64,000 nucleotides of DNA from Amphiscolops sp. MND2022 (lineage: Eukaryota): positions 62,498,001-62,562,000 of the forward strand of contig OZ076409.1 of assembly GCA_964187785.1 (NCBI GenBank), written 5' to 3'. The position numbers and the translations under genes were made by a program. The notes below the pieces were generated by a model, which searched no databases, had not been told where the DNA came from, and saw only the letters and a list, made by a program, of their open reading frames with translations. The stretch's first letter is position 1; every line of letters begins with the position of its first letter. This document shows positions 10,593-25,500 of this stretch, in pieces.

Positions 10593-13500
10593 GTCAGAAC
10601 AAAAAGTGTTTTTAGTTTCTCCAAAAATTTTAACAGTGATGTCTTTTTAGAACAATTCATAACTTTTTTGTCCTGAAGAAGCTAAGGAATCATTATTTAA
10701 TGTTTGAACTTTTGCTATTTTTGAGTCTCGAACGGGGGTGCCTTGTGTCATCTTCAAAGGATCCCATGTGGTACCTGAGTGTTTTAAACTATTACGAAGC
10801 TAGAGGGTCCCACCAAACGAAATGAAGGATTTTTGCTTTTTGATCTTAAGCGGAGCTCCGACTTGGGACCTGTATCGGCTTTTTTTTTCAGAAAACAATA
10901 TTGATGCATTCATGGGTAAATTGATTCTTGATGTATTTTTGATCTTCAGTATGTTTGATTCCGTTTCAGTGAACGGCACACGATGTGTTGCTGGCAATGT
11001 GTCAGCGTCTGCGTTCCTCACAGACACAGAAGTGACTCTCACTGGCGGGGGTCCGTCTCATAGAGGCGGTGCATCTCACCCATCCAGTCTCGGGGGTGCA
11101 CCCTATGTGAATGGGTTGGACACGGGCGAGAGGGAACTGCTTCCTTGGTGTCCCGAAGTCTCTGACACAAACAATGGAGATGATGATCTTATGGGTTTAG
11201 ATGACCATGTAAGTTGACTTTCCTTATATGGTTTGCCTTGATCAAAGGAGTATATGACTTCTTTATATGTCGCACGATTAGGCCTCTAAAATTCCATCGC
11301 TTCCATTGAGTCGAATGCTCATTTAGTTTCTATCTTTATTCGTAATCTTCAAGTAGATGCTTTGATTCTCATATCTTGTTTTGAATTCTGATACTGTTTT
11401 CAATCATATTTTCCCCCAAAAAAATTATATGCCTGTTTCAATCTGTCACTTTTCGTTGTGCCTGGTGAAAGATAATTTATCTCGAAAAGTAACGCTTGAT
11501 TTTCTTGTCGCCATTTATTACACTTGCGATAAGCAATGGTTAAAGTATTCCGAAGCAGGTTCTCACTTTTTCGGCACTATGAGACTCCTCCTTTATTTTC
11601 GGCTTTGTGAGACTTTTCTCGAAAATTTTTTAATGTCCCCAAAGTGTCCTCCCTTCAGTTTGTTTGATATTTTGCAACAGAACGAATGTTAGAAAATCCC
11701 AAAGGGTTTTTTTTAGATTTTTCGGCACTATGAGACTTAAAATTTCTCATTTTTGTTTTTCGAAAATTTTTCAAAGACTCCAATGGGTTCCCCTTCAATT
11801 TTTTTGAAATTTTGCAACAGAATGGTTGTTAAAAAATCTCAAAGGGCCCCCGTTTACAGTTTTCGGCATTGTGAGAAATTTCAAAATGAATAATTTTTAA
11901 TTTAAAATTAGGTTTTCTGAGGCCCAGCACGCTATATCCGAATTTTTTTTTAAAAGGCCGGCGTTTTTTCTATGCTACTTTTTTCTAATTTGTTTTCATC
12001 GAAGCCCCCCCCCCCCTCAATTTTTACTTAAAATGAAACGTTTTGCGAGCATAAAGGACTGCTAAAGGTTTTCGGCACTATGCGACTTACCGACAAATTT
12101 CGAAATTTTTTCCTTATATTTGTTTTTTTTTTAAAAAAATCTTAGCGGTTGAGAGAGATGGGTTTTTTTGCTGTTTTCAGTTGAGGAAGAATGAAGCTTT
12201 TCTCAATTTCGCTATTTACTTATTCAGTCCTTGGCAAACTGTACCACTTTTAATTTTTTGCCGTATTGGATTCTGACGGATTAAAGATCAGATTAGCAAT
12301 TAAAGAAGCTACCCGACGAAACCTGGTTCGAAAACGATTCAAGTTAGTCACGTGATAGTTTTCGCGCTCTACAGATGTTGTGGTTGCGTTTTATCTCATC
12401 CCATTTGTGAATCGACGTGAACTCCATTAACCACTGATTATAATAACGTCGCCAGATTAAGTAATCAAGTAATGACAATTTATTATAATCTGTCGTGATA
12501 TGAACGTAGTTTCAATTTACCAGGCAATTATCTCTAATTATCCACAGGCGCGATAATCGCAATTATCTTGAATGTCTATCGAAATTGAGTCAAAATGCAC
12601 CAATTGAGTGGCGAAAACGTTGGCAAGCACTAATTGGTTGAAACTTAGCTATTCCACGTTTATCTTTGCCCTTAAGTTCATTTCATTGTTAAAATCATTC
12701 GTTCATTCTGTTACTTGCCCATCCTTCATGAACTTCATTCATTTAACGAAAAGAATAGCGTTCCCGAAGAAGAAAAATTCCATTTACTCTGCAGAAATGG
12801 AAGTTATCTTGGTATAAACCGTTTTTGTATTTTATATAGGCAACGGTGCACGTTTTTGAACCATTAATTATCTATTTTGAATCCCAGTCTCAAAGTTGTG
12901 TTGAATGAATCTTTTTGTCCCAAAAATTGTTTTTGCTTTGCAATGCCCGTACAGTATGTCCAATATAATGTCGGTGAATTCTGTGGAGTGAGTGGCCTTT
13001 TCATCATTGAGGATCTTTTAACGATTTTTGTAAACGAATAACTGTATTGCAAAGTTTGCCAGTTGACACTTTGATCGAGTTGTACTTGCTCTAACATGGA
13101 GGCTGCTTTAGACGTGCAATGGATGGAACGCAGAGGACATGTTGAAAACCAATCGAGAAAATTGCGGAGTGGAAGATTGCGAATATGATGAATCCAAATA
13201 CACGTAAGTCTATATGCACCCACTATTAACCTTATCTTAATTTTTGATTGAATCTTGTATTATCAATCCAAGATATCTGACCCTTTTTTGTCACCAAAAG
13301 TTTTTGATATTGGTATAACACTTGAAAATTGAAAATCACCCCAAGTTGAAATAATTACATTGAAGGTTACCACTGGACAAGAATTCTGAGGCCTATCAGA
13401 AGAATTTGAACTGGGCCAACGAGAAGGCGAGAGAGATGCAGGAATCCATGGACTACTCGAGGGTGCTAGTGGAGACGAACGTCACGGGTGAAGAAGATGA

Positions 13501-16500
13501 AGAAGCCATGTTCTCATCTGTGGACAGAAGTGCAGCCGCCACTGCTGCTGCTGGAGGGGATGGTATGAGTCATCACAGGTCGCCCTCTCGCAACAACAGT
13601 AGCATGACGTCAGCAGCTACGCCCCCTATCGACTGCAATAACACCAATGCCCCCAATTCGCTATTGAGTTCCAGCCCTGGAAACAATGTCAATCTCAGGT
13701 TGGTTTCTACACTGAATAAGAATCCCCAATTAACCCTCCCGAAAAGAATAATTTTATTCAATTTTTTCTCTTTAATAGAATTGTAATTTTTGGACAAATG
13801 AGCACAATCTTACTGCGACAACTCATATCAAGCGACATGTATCAGACAAAAAACTCCAAATCGCAATCCAAAAATGAAACATCCAATTGCAACCAAGTTG
13901 AATAATCGTTGAATAATTATTGAAAAGCAACTTAAATTGAAAGTAACAGGAAGTTTTTAGTTTGAAAAAAAATGAAATTTTTGAAAAACGAAATTATAGC
14001 TTTTCGTCCCGTTTCAGCTATCTTTTTCAGTCGGACTATCACAGTCACTTTTCTTCTAAGACAAATACGAATGCGACGAAACGGATAGGGCGACCAATAT
14101 GAAATCGTCTAGCCTAAGCACTAAAGTTAAAGTATACTAGCAGACTAAAGGGTGCTCTCTTTGAGTTTTCCCCAATTTTATATCGCCTTCGAAACGAAAA
14201 AAGTGCAATGAACCCCCTTTGATTTTTTGACATTTAGGAGTGAGAAGGGTTTTTGGCACTGCGACTTTCTGATAATTTTTGAATTTCACATAAGGGTCCC
14301 CTTGTTTTTTTTCAGTCAGGAATAAGCCCAAAGGGTGTTTTTCGGCGATGTAAGTATTTTCAGGATTTCCATGAAAACAGCGTTTTAGCATTCTCAGCGA
14401 AAGAGTTAGCAGTTTTGGAGCCTTAAGCGGGGCGCCGACTTCAGACAATCCGGCCTTATTTATAGTTTGCGCGCTTCAATTTTATCGTTTTAATTTTTTT
14501 TTCGATAAATTGAAGTGTTTTTTTTTTCGACCAAGACCGTGGATTATTATAAATTGGGTGAATCTCCTGGCAAATGCGTTAAAGAGTGCATGTACTTTAA
14601 TTCGTTCCTCTGTCCCGTGTGTGTTTGTGATGAATGAGTGTTTGCAGAGATTTCACCACGGTACAGAACAAGAGAAGTTCTAACAGATCTGGTAGAGGAG
14701 CAAATGCAGGTGGTCCCATGCAACACAATGCACCCCCCGTACCTCTCATCAATTCAGGTGGCACAGGGTTGCCCCAGAGGTCTAACTACAGAAGCGGCAA
14801 ACACGCCGGTGGAGCCAACATGGGTTCTGGTGGTAAGTCATCTAAGAGCATTCGTTGCTACATGTCTACTAGCTGATTGCTGCCTTGAATGGAATTACTC
14901 ATTAAAACAGTTCCATGAGTCATTACTAATCAGCTGAAAAGCTTATCTAATTACGTTTCACTAACTGGTTAAAACGCAGTGAACCACGGATTGCGCTCAA
15001 GTTGTGTAATAACAAATGATAACGAAGACATAATGCCGTCATCTGAAATATCGGGTCCCCCTAAGGGATCTACAAACAGGAGACTGGAGGCAGAGAGTCA
15101 GGAAGTATGGGACTTGAGACCAGAAGATGAGAGCTCTACTGCTAATGTGGAGAGAACGTATTGGCTAGATGCTGCTACTAGGGACAGTTTGGCCAATGAC
15201 ATTGGTGGCCAGTCGGAAGTGACAGTTGTCAATGTTAGGTTCTTCTAATCCTTTCCTTCCATTTCTGAGATGTGATGTGTGTTTTAATATTTTCGACAAA
15301 GATTGCACGGTAGTAAAGTAATTTGGAAAAGGCGTTTTTCGTTGCTTTATACATTTTCAAATGGAAGGAATGGTTTCTATTCAGAGAGAAAGATCGGTGA
15401 ACAATACTAGCACGGAAGGAGCTACCGTTGAAGTTGTTTTTGTTCTATATCAGTCGAAGAGGTTAATGTAAGCGCGAATAAATACTTGGCGACTCGATAT
15501 ATGTTTTTTGAATGCAATCGAGTGAACAACAAAAACAATTTCCATATCTACGCAAAGCGAAGTTCTGCGGGGGAAAGAGATGCGGAAGCCAGTGCTAGAA
15601 GATCAGGGGGTGCAGTAAATAACTCTGACGGAAGAAGTTGTGGAAATGTGGATATTGTAGAAAACATGGGCGAGGAGAGAATTGACAATGATCCACCACC
15701 CGAGTACAATTCTCGCAGCATCCGCGACGGTGACTTGGACTTACAGCCTCCAGCGTACAATGATCTTAGTGGGCCTCCGTTTTGTTACGGATTTGTGAAC
15801 CAGGGCAGGTCATATGACCTTGTTTCATTTCCTCACCTCTTGCATTCCGCAAAAGAATTCAAAGCTATCAATATCGATCATTTGCCTTCCGGTTTTTGCA
15901 CCACTTTATTTTAATCGAGTTTTATTCAGAACCAGCCTTTTTATATACTAAATTCCTCGTGTAATTGTAAATTAGATGTCTAATTTAGAAGACTGTTTTT
16001 TCTTTGAGGGTGGGGAGATGAAAAAGGTTTCGACAGGTCTTTCTTGGCAAACAACGTACATGAGCTATCACATGAGTCAAACAGTAGACACAACGCGTCA
16101 GAAGCTAGAGGGGGTTCCAATTTTTTAACCCTGTACAATGGAATGAGAGTTTATCTTGTGCCTTCCGCTTACAATGACTCCCAGAGGCAGCAACATCGAA
16201 CTGCCTTTGCGAACGGTGAGCGGTATCAACGAGAGAACAGAGATACAATACGAGCTCCTGAAGACACAGATGGTTGCATCTTCTTGATTGATCAATTTTT
16301 TGACTAATTTATAGTCAGTCGCTAACAAACTACGAGTTTTTAATACGCTGTAAAACTAGAAAATGCGCTGTAAAATACGATGATTGCTTCGTGTTTATAG
16401 CTAGGACTGAATCGAAGACGAATTTGAGAATCAAATAATCAAGTCCTTTTAGTAGTATCGAGTTCGTATTGCTCGTCAATTTCTTCGCCTGTGGTCCAGA

Positions 16501-19500
16501 AGATGCAATTGTTGCAGAAGAGGCAGGAAATCGTTTTGATAGAGCATCCAATACATCAGCCTCCTCGTATGTATCTTGTGTAGTAGCACTGGTGTTCTGG
16601 CTCATCATTCCCATGGCTGCATTTCTCATAGGTGTCCTTTTTGTGGACCAATGTCCCATCGAAAGACACGTGCCTGTGTTTCTCATCATATCCGGGAGTG
16701 TCTTGCTTCTCAGGGGCATGTTTTTCTCCTTTTCCAGAGCCAAACAGTCTGCATCTAGCTCATACGGTGCGAAATCACAGTCCATTAACCGACATGATTC
16801 TTGAATAACTCAACGTTCCGTTTGGCTCTTTAGTCGGGCGTTTTAGTCGGCGCAATTTGTAAAGGAAATGTGGCGCCCAAGTATTTCGGTGAATTTTCCT
16901 AAATTTTTTTCCTAATTTTCAAGTTTTTTCCTAAATCAATTTGTTTTTCTAGAATGTGCACCTCCCGTCCTGTTCGTTTCTTCACTAGGCTTTTCGATGA
17001 AATCCCTTGTCCTTGTGAAATCTCAAATCAAATAAGAACTTCTGTTTGAGCAATTCATCAGCATTTTACTCAGATAGTCTGTTACAAGCAGGTATTGGAA
17101 GTAGGTTCCTAAGTTGAAATTTGGTTGAATGATTTAAAGTAAATGGACTCTAGATTGCGCGAGCACCATGGGTACTTTTCTGGATGTCTTCACTATATTC
17201 TGGATTGTGCTAGGCTCTTTTTGGATCTTCTCCGTAATCGGTCACGTCAGCTACGAGCTTGATGATTCTGGAGAAATGGGCAAATTGTACTGCAACAAAA
17301 CTCTGTTCATGTTTTCCCTCTGGTTCCTCATCGCGTTCTATATTCTCTTTCTGTTGGCTTGGCTGTTTGTCATTGTCTGCATTTGTGTGTATCTCAGCGA
17401 GAGGAAGCATATTCGGAGACAGAGACAAAGAAGAAATCAAGTTATCCGAATGCGCCGAAGAAATAATTTGTTGGATGATGGTAGCCCGCGAGCTGTTTAC
17501 CAGATTGGCGGAAATAGGTGATTCGTCGCGGCACGACTGGACATTTCGCAATGCCGAAATTTTTATTTTGTGTCTCAAAGCTGTAGCCACCGTTTATAAA
17601 GACTTCAGTTTCACTTTGGTGACGTCACTAATTAGTGCCTAAGCCTTTGATACACTAAGTGATTTATTTTCTGCCTTGGTTTGTTTCTCTATAACTACAA
17701 AAAGTGCTAAAAAATACTATCGGGCTTGGAGTTCTGTTTGCTATTTAATTAAGTGTTTCGGCATTGTTACAGAACGCACACTAGGTGGACTATAGTATTT
17801 TTGAAGTAATTTTGATGCAGTAATACTTTTGTTGTTGAATATTAAATAAAGTGTGTTTCTTGGATTTTTGAAAATGTGGACATCAATTGGGAGTTTTGCT
17901 AGATCAAAGTAGTCCACAAAGTGACGGTTGTCCACAGGTACAGCACAGCGGCGGCCCTTACTAGGAGACAACGGATGAGAGCTATGAGAAACCAACGAAG
18001 AGCTAGAACCAATCAGATTAGAAGACAAACTCATGCTACCAGCACCGGGACTAATACCTCGCATAGATCTGTTGTTAATTCTGAAAACTGAAGTCATCGC
18101 TTAGAAATGTGTCACAGTAAACGAATAAAAAATTCCCAACGTTTCGTTTTTTTCCCAGTTCTAACAAAAAAAAGAAGTTTTAAAATTCAGCTGAGATGCA
18201 TGCTGTGTTCTAGCATGTTGATCTAGCTGTTGTTTTGGAAGCTGATTGTTTGACACATTGATTGTGCTAATTTTTGAAAAGCACTGTGATTAGATCTTAC
18301 TGATTTTCGTTTCAGGAAATGCGGGTTCGGGTGGGCCCGGTGCTAGGGGAGGGCCAATGAACGCTAACAACACCAATGCCCCTCAGAGATTCGTGTCGAG
18401 ACATAATCAGCAGAAAACTGCCATTGCTCTTCAACAGCAACAACAAACTTTCAATAACTGTAAGTGTCATTCAAACTTAAAATTTGCACTGCATTCAGCG
18501 TTCTACAATGAGCAAACTTGAAAATACGGAATTTTTCGAATTCCCCGGTTTCAGCCAAGTTCAGTAATAATTTTAGAATTTTATTATAAATGATGCGCAT
18601 TTCAGCCGGTGCAAACAGTAACAATGGCGATGCCATGTCCAGTCAAGCCCAGTTCGGGTATGCTGACTCGGCGGGTGCTTCTCAAAACCACAAGCAGCAA
18701 GGCCCTCCACAAAATTACGGACCTCCCAACTCAGCATATAACTCTAATCAAATGCCTCCTAACCAGGGCAGAATGAACAAGGAGCAGAACCTGAAGAACT
18801 TCTCCAAAAACATTCAGGTTACAATCTCTATTACATGCGATTACTCGTTTGGCAATAATAGCTCATTGCATTAAAGTTGAATATTGGTTTTTCGATCGCT
18901 TTTAATTGCGAGCATTCTTGAACTTCACGATTGTTACTAAAAGCATACCAGCCGAAGCCTTTGTTAAACAGTAAAGTTCGGACATATTCTGCAATGAGCT
19001 CGGTCATCCTTTTCCATTTGCACCTTACTCTTGTCAAATTTTGCTCGTACTTTTAAATACACTTTCCACCTGACAGTAACGTCCAATGGCGCTGAAAACC
19101 CAGCCATATATACTTCTCGACTCTTCCTTTTCGTTGAAATTTTAGGCCGTCTTTCCTTAAAGTTTTTGAAAAAATTTCATTGTTAATGTTTATAGCTCAG
19201 AGATCCCGCTGCTTCACATAACAACAACAACCAGTCGTCAAAAATGATGTCATCTGGACCCCCCTCTGGCCCTGCTGCTGGAGCTGTTCCAAAAACGACT
19301 CCCTCTTCTTCCCAAGTTACTTCCCCTCTATCCAAACATGCACACACACCCAATATGACGTCATCACCCTCGTTGTCACCTAACACTCGTCAAGGGATGA
19401 ACAGCAACTCAGGCAACATCACTGGCCCACACAGCGATGGCAATGGAAGCATGAAACATGCGCCTCCTCACAATGCGTGGAACAGACCCCCGCAGATTCA

Positions 19501-22500
19501 CAACAACACTTCACAAATGCCGCCCAGCAATTTGCCTGGAGCTGGACCACCAGCTCAACAGTTGCCTGCTGGTATGTGTAATCAACATGTCGCTTTTCAA
19601 AGTTGCAATTATGGTTTTGTCCTTTCTTTCATCTCATGTTTTTAGTCGGCGCTTCATGAAGTGAAACGCGACTATTATAGTGACTTTTTTCTATCCACAC
19701 GAACTGACCAAAATAGTTCTTAAAAGTTCTACAAAATATTATTGCACGATTTGGCCTAGAGAACTGAACCAAAAAGGTTTTTCCTGTTTTTCCGCGTAAC
19801 ATACCATACCGGGCGAGACCAAAGGGTCCTCCATTTCAATTTTTTTCGGCACTGCGACTTTTTTTTCGGAAAATTTTTTCTCCAAAGGGTCCCCCTTCAA
19901 TTTTTTGCTGTTTTGCGACAGAATGGATGTTGAAAAACCCCAAAGGGTCCCCCTTTCATTTTTTCGGCATTGCGAGACTTTTTTTCGGAATTTTCCCCCA
20001 AAGGGTCCCCCTTCAATTTTTTGCTGTTTTGCGTCAGAATGGATGTTGGAAAATCTCAAAGGGTCCCCCTTTCAGTTTATTTCGGCACTGAGATTTTTTC
20101 CCGAAAATAAAAATTTTTCCCACTTCAATTTTTTGATGTTTTGCGACAGAATGGATGTTGAAAAACCCCAAAGGGTCCCCCCTTTCAGTTTTTCGGCATT
20201 GTGAGACTTTTTTTCTATTTTTTTTCTCTCCAAAAAGTCCCCCTTCAATTTCTTTGATCTTTTACAACAGATTTGGTGTTTAAAAACCCCAAAGGGTCCC
20301 CCCTTTCAGTTTTTCGGCATTATGAGACTTTTTTTATATTTTTTTCTCTCCAAAAGGTCCCCCTTCAATTTCTTTGATCTTTTACAACAGATTGGGTGTT
20401 TAAAAATCCCAAAGGGTCCCTCTTTCAGTTTTTCGGCATTGTGAGACTTTTTTTTCGAAATTTTTCTCCAAAGGGTCCCCCCTTCAACTGCGACAAAAAT
20501 GTTGACAATTTCGAAAGTGTCCCCCTTTTAGCGCGCCAGGGGCTCGCGCTAGCGGGCCCCGGCGCGCCACTCGGTCCATTTTTTTGCCTTTTCGAGTACT
20601 GTAAATTGACACTTGGAAGTCCTTTTGCTATTTTTGAGCCTTGGATATGGCGCCGACTTGGGCCGGTCCCGGCTTGTTTCTTTCACTCCAACTTTAAACT
20701 TTTTTCATCTCAAATTAAATCTTCGCTGTAATATATCGTTATACTTTATGAATAATTTTAGTGAAACTAATTCCAAATGTTTTAGGTGACATGAAAGCCA
20801 ACACTGGACCTTCACATGGAATTGGAAGCCCACCCTCTATCACCAGAAGCAATTCTTCGGGCTCTAAGACGATTAACAATGTGGGAAAATCAACCGGTTA
20901 GATACCTATTTTCTTTGCAGATCTTCCAAAATTCTAAGCTCATTCAAGACAAAAAACAATTTTAAAACGATTGAAAAGCACCATATGATCCAAATTCTAA
21001 GCTAATTTAAGGCAAAAACCAAGTTTAGGACAATGAAAATCAGTTTGATAATAGTGTGTTAGAGGTGCACTGGACCGTAAATTTTAGGACAACCGGATAT
21101 GACTTATTTGAGCCCGAACGGACAGGGCAGTGGCCAACAAACTATTTAGACTATGATCTAAATGTTATCCAAAGAGACGTTTATTATTTCACACTGAATT
21201 TTAAAGCTGCTTTTGGTTTCCCAGAACTGTACGGCGTTGGAAAATTTTCTTTAAAGGTGCCATGTTAGTTTTTTTTCTCATTTCCAGTTAGGAAAAAGCC
21301 CTTTTGAGCCCAAAGGGTCCGCCTTTTGATATTTTTTGGGTTTGCAAGATATTTTTATCCGGCCGGATTTTGTAACAAGACGCCCGCTGAGCGGCGAGAT
21401 ATTTTCCGCCCCGAACTGTTTTACAACTACATAAATTTGAGGCTCAAGAATAACTAATGCACTATAAAAACGCTAAGAAGTTCGAAGAAAAGAAAGCTTC
21501 GATTCATCTTTGCCCAGTTTTGAAGGAAACACGTTCATTTTAGTATTTCTGCGATAGTTGGCCAGTTTTCGTATTTTCGGCACTATGCGACTTAGCGAGT
21601 GAAATTTTTCATTTTTTCGAAAACAATTTTCGAAAAATAATATTTTTTTGCAATTTTTAGTTTTTGAGGTTTTCTGTGAAGGAAATAAGTTTCCCGAGTC
21701 TTACGGGTGACCTCTTTGTTACTTTTAATCATGTGGAACTGATGAGGTTTCTTATTGACTGTTGAAAACCAACCTCTTCCCGAAATTTTCATTTGGTCGA
21801 AGCGTACCCCCTTGATTTCATAGCTGATTTCGGCATTAAAAAAGGTAGTTTGTGAGCTGAAACTTGTTCCGCTTTCATAGGATTTTACCGAAAAAAAATC
21901 AAAAATAAGGCGTTCTGAAAATCCTGTTGGGAAAAAAGTGGTTTCCGAGTATCAGGAGTATTTATTGGGATTAGTTTTGGCACTGAGAAAATGGTATAAG
22001 CTTGAAACTGGGTGGTCATTTTCAAATTTAGGAAACTTGAGCGTTCCCAGGTTGATATATTTTTGCACTTAGTTCCACCAAAAAAGTCAAAAACTGGAAA
22101 TATTTCCGACAACTTCGGGATCAATTTAAGGAACTTTTCTGACATGAATCTACAGATGTCTCTTCACAAATAGCCCTACTGGACACCGAGTTTATTTGTT
22201 GTTTAATGCTTACACCCTTCAAACCCACGATATAGCTTGAAACATTTTGCTTTGGAAGGTGTTCTCCATATCTAGTGTTGTTGCTATCTTTTTGAAACAC
22301 TACCGGTAGCTAAACGTTTCAATCCTGAGCCCATGAGTTTTCTGATTGAAGTAAGATTTCGGAAAGGGTCTAAAATTGGGACTATGTTGTCGAAAATTGA
22401 GGAAAATTGGAACTTTTGACACTTTTGTTGTAAAATCGACTAACTTCGTCCTACGTTTTCCCCAAATTGCGTTGTGAATACCCTTTTGTTTCAACGCTCG

Positions 22501-25500
22501 GGTCAATGGAAGTTCTATTCCACAAAAATGTTCATGGTTTGAACAAAAATTAAGAATAAATTGTCAAAAAACGTGCGTTTTTGTTGTTGAATGGACTTCG
22601 GGGTGCTTTGAGACCAATTCCAACCAAAATTAGCAATTATATCTTCAAAATAACCTACTGGATACCAGGATTAGTCCTTGTTGACATTGTTGAATTCTTA
22701 AAATTTTTTTTATGCAGCTCAATAATTGTACAAAAACTGCCTAAAAATGTAAAAACATGAAAATTCTTTTTTTGCATCATTTGGGTCTTTCTGAGGAAAC
22801 TCTCTGGCCTAAAAGATGGAAATTTCTCTTTAAAAACGTGCTGTGGATCTAATTTTATCATCTAGAGCTATGCGAAACTTTTATTTTACATTTTTCCAAT
22901 CTCAACAAAATTCACTGAAACTCGGAAATCAGCAAAACTGACTTTTTCGATTTTTGCGGTCAGTTTTAGCCATTTTTAAACCGAAGTCTGCAAAAATTTC
23001 TCTGAGGGCCGACTGAATTGAGCGTTCAATCTTTGTTCAAAGTTTGCCATCGTTCTGAATCCAAAACGCTTCAAAATGAAGACATAGGCTGCTTAAAAAC
23101 GATGATGTTGTAAGCAAAAAAATGGTTTTTGAAGCAAAACGCTGCAACGTTCTCTTCAAAAAATGTATTGCATAACTCGTTCTTTCGTTGTTGAGCGTTA
23201 TGGAACTTGTACGGAAATTGCATGAAAAACGACAAAAACTTCGAATTTTTCGGCTATTTCAAGGTCAATTTTAAGCATTTTCGATTCAGAAATTGATCTT
23301 ATCTGTTGTCGAAAGCATACAAAGACAACATTTTATTCATTGATTAGGGGTTTTAACATTCTAGTTCACAAAGTCTGTCGATAGTGTGGCAATAATTGAA
23401 CAAAAATGATGAAAATAGAAAAATTTTGAGATTTTTCCTTTTTCGATGTCAACTCCAGACATTTTTCATTTGAAAAACTGCATTTATCGTTCCACTAAGC
23501 ATACGGGACAAAATTTGTTCCTTGTTGACCCTTTCCAACATTCCAATCTCCGGTGTTTGTTGAAAATTTCAAAGAAAAACTGCATAAAACATTGAAAATT
23601 GTAAAATTTTGAGATTTTTGTCAATTTCGGTGTCAAGTTGAGACATTTTCAATCGAAAAACTGAAACTGTCTCATCCTTAAAGACTACAGGATAACAAAC
23701 TGCTACTTTGATGAACGTTTTCAACATTCCAATCTACGGAGACTGTCGAAATCGTGACAGAAATTGCACAAAAACATTGAAAATTGGAAAATTTTGGGTT
23801 TTTTGTCGTTTTTGGTGCCAACTTTTTTCATCTAGAAAACTGCATTAAAATCTTCGGGAAAGCTTTTTGGACCAATACTGTTCCTTGCTTAGGCTTCTCA
23901 ACATTCTAATCTACGAAATCTGTCAAAAATTTGACAAAACTTGCATAAAAATTTCGAAAAAAGGAAGTTTTGTGTTTTTTTTGTTTTTTTTTCGGTATCA
24001 ATTTGAGACCTTTTTCATTTGGAAAAAAGCAATTATCTTTTCTGAAAAGCCTACTGGACAGCAAATGCGTGCCATGTTGAGCGTTCTCAACATTTTAATT
24101 AACGAAGTATGTCAAAAATTTTACAAAAATTGCTTAAAATTGTTAAAAATCGGAAAATTTTGGAATTTTTGTCATTTTTGGGGTCAATTTTCTGTTACAA
24201 AACCGCATTTATCTCTTCATAGAAGACTATTGGAGAACGAATTCGTGCCTTGTTGAACGTTTTCAACATTCTAATTCGCGATGTCTATCAGAAAAATTAC
24301 AAAATTTGCATAAAAACATTAAAAAATTGAGAACTTTGCGAATTTTTGTCATTTTCGGGGGGGGGGGGGGGGGGGTCATTTTGTCATTAAGGGGTCATTT
24401 TTGTCATTTTTAAAAAAACTCCAAAAATCTCTACAAATACATATCACACGAAGCTAAATTTATGTGAGTTGAATTCTATGGGTAACACCCTTTAAGTTAA
24501 ATATAAATAAATTCTTGGCAAATTTTGTAAAAAAAAACCCGTTTGATTTAAATATTTTCCTTTCCCATATATGAAATATGGGCGGAAAATAAAAATAAAT
24601 TGAGGCTAAGTTTCAATGTATTAACAAGTTCTGATTTTGAATCTGCGTGACTTGATTATCGATAATTGGTATCTGATTGTTGACCTATTGTGTTTTTAGG
24701 TCCAACTGGAGGAGGTCATAATTCCAAGAAACGTCCAAACGATAACTCGACATCATCAGAGAAACAAGCTGATGCTTCAACTGCTGCATCCAGTTCAAAG
24801 GAAGGGCCTGCTGACTCCAACTCTGTGGAGGCTTCGAGTGAAGATCTCGAGAAGACCATTTCGAATGATATCTCTGTCGAAAGTGTGCCTGTCAAGGAAT
24901 TGTCTTTAAACGAGGACGAAACGGAAATTGTAAAAAACTCAAAACTGAATGTGAAAGCACAAGAGTTCAAACCAAGTGGGATCTTCTTCTCACCGACCGC
25001 CTCAGTTAGTTATTGCACAGTATTTTGATAATGATAATTACCGCTAATAATAATTACTTAGAGTTTCCTAGAGTCCAGATGAATGTGGGTGATGTTTAAT
25101 GATATTTTAATCCGGAATTATTGCTTCTCTGAATTTTGGTAAAATGTTTTATAGGGTTCAATCGTAGGGTGCACTCATTCAAATTGTTTTATTTCAGCAA
25201 CAAGAAGTGAGTGAAGAATCATCAGTTGCCATGGGAGGTGCAGGATTGAACACTGCTCCTCCTATGTACTACCCACAGAACACGACCCCGATTGATTCCA
25301 CAATGGTATCTCCCCACTTCGCTATGATGGCCACAGCTGTTCCGGGCTCCCAGACACCCGTAGTCACCGCACACTCTCACGGCGTTCACGTCTCCTCTGC
25401 CGGTTCAAATGCCGGGGGCGTCGACGAGGCTCAAGCTCTAGTGGCTTCGAACGTGCCTTTCGCAGCTGGGCCTCCTCATATACCGCAGTTCATGCATATT

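Noticed and set aside
19840..20500. Regularly spaced AAAGGGTCCCCC repeats resembling a CRISPR array
   Set aside because: Intervening sequences are themselves repeated, the context is eukaryotic, and there are no cas genes; this is the central tandem array of a HINE.
24357..24375. Run of 19 G
   Set aside because: The paralogous copy (46797-46800) has only four C; local slippage or sequencing artefact with no sign of function.
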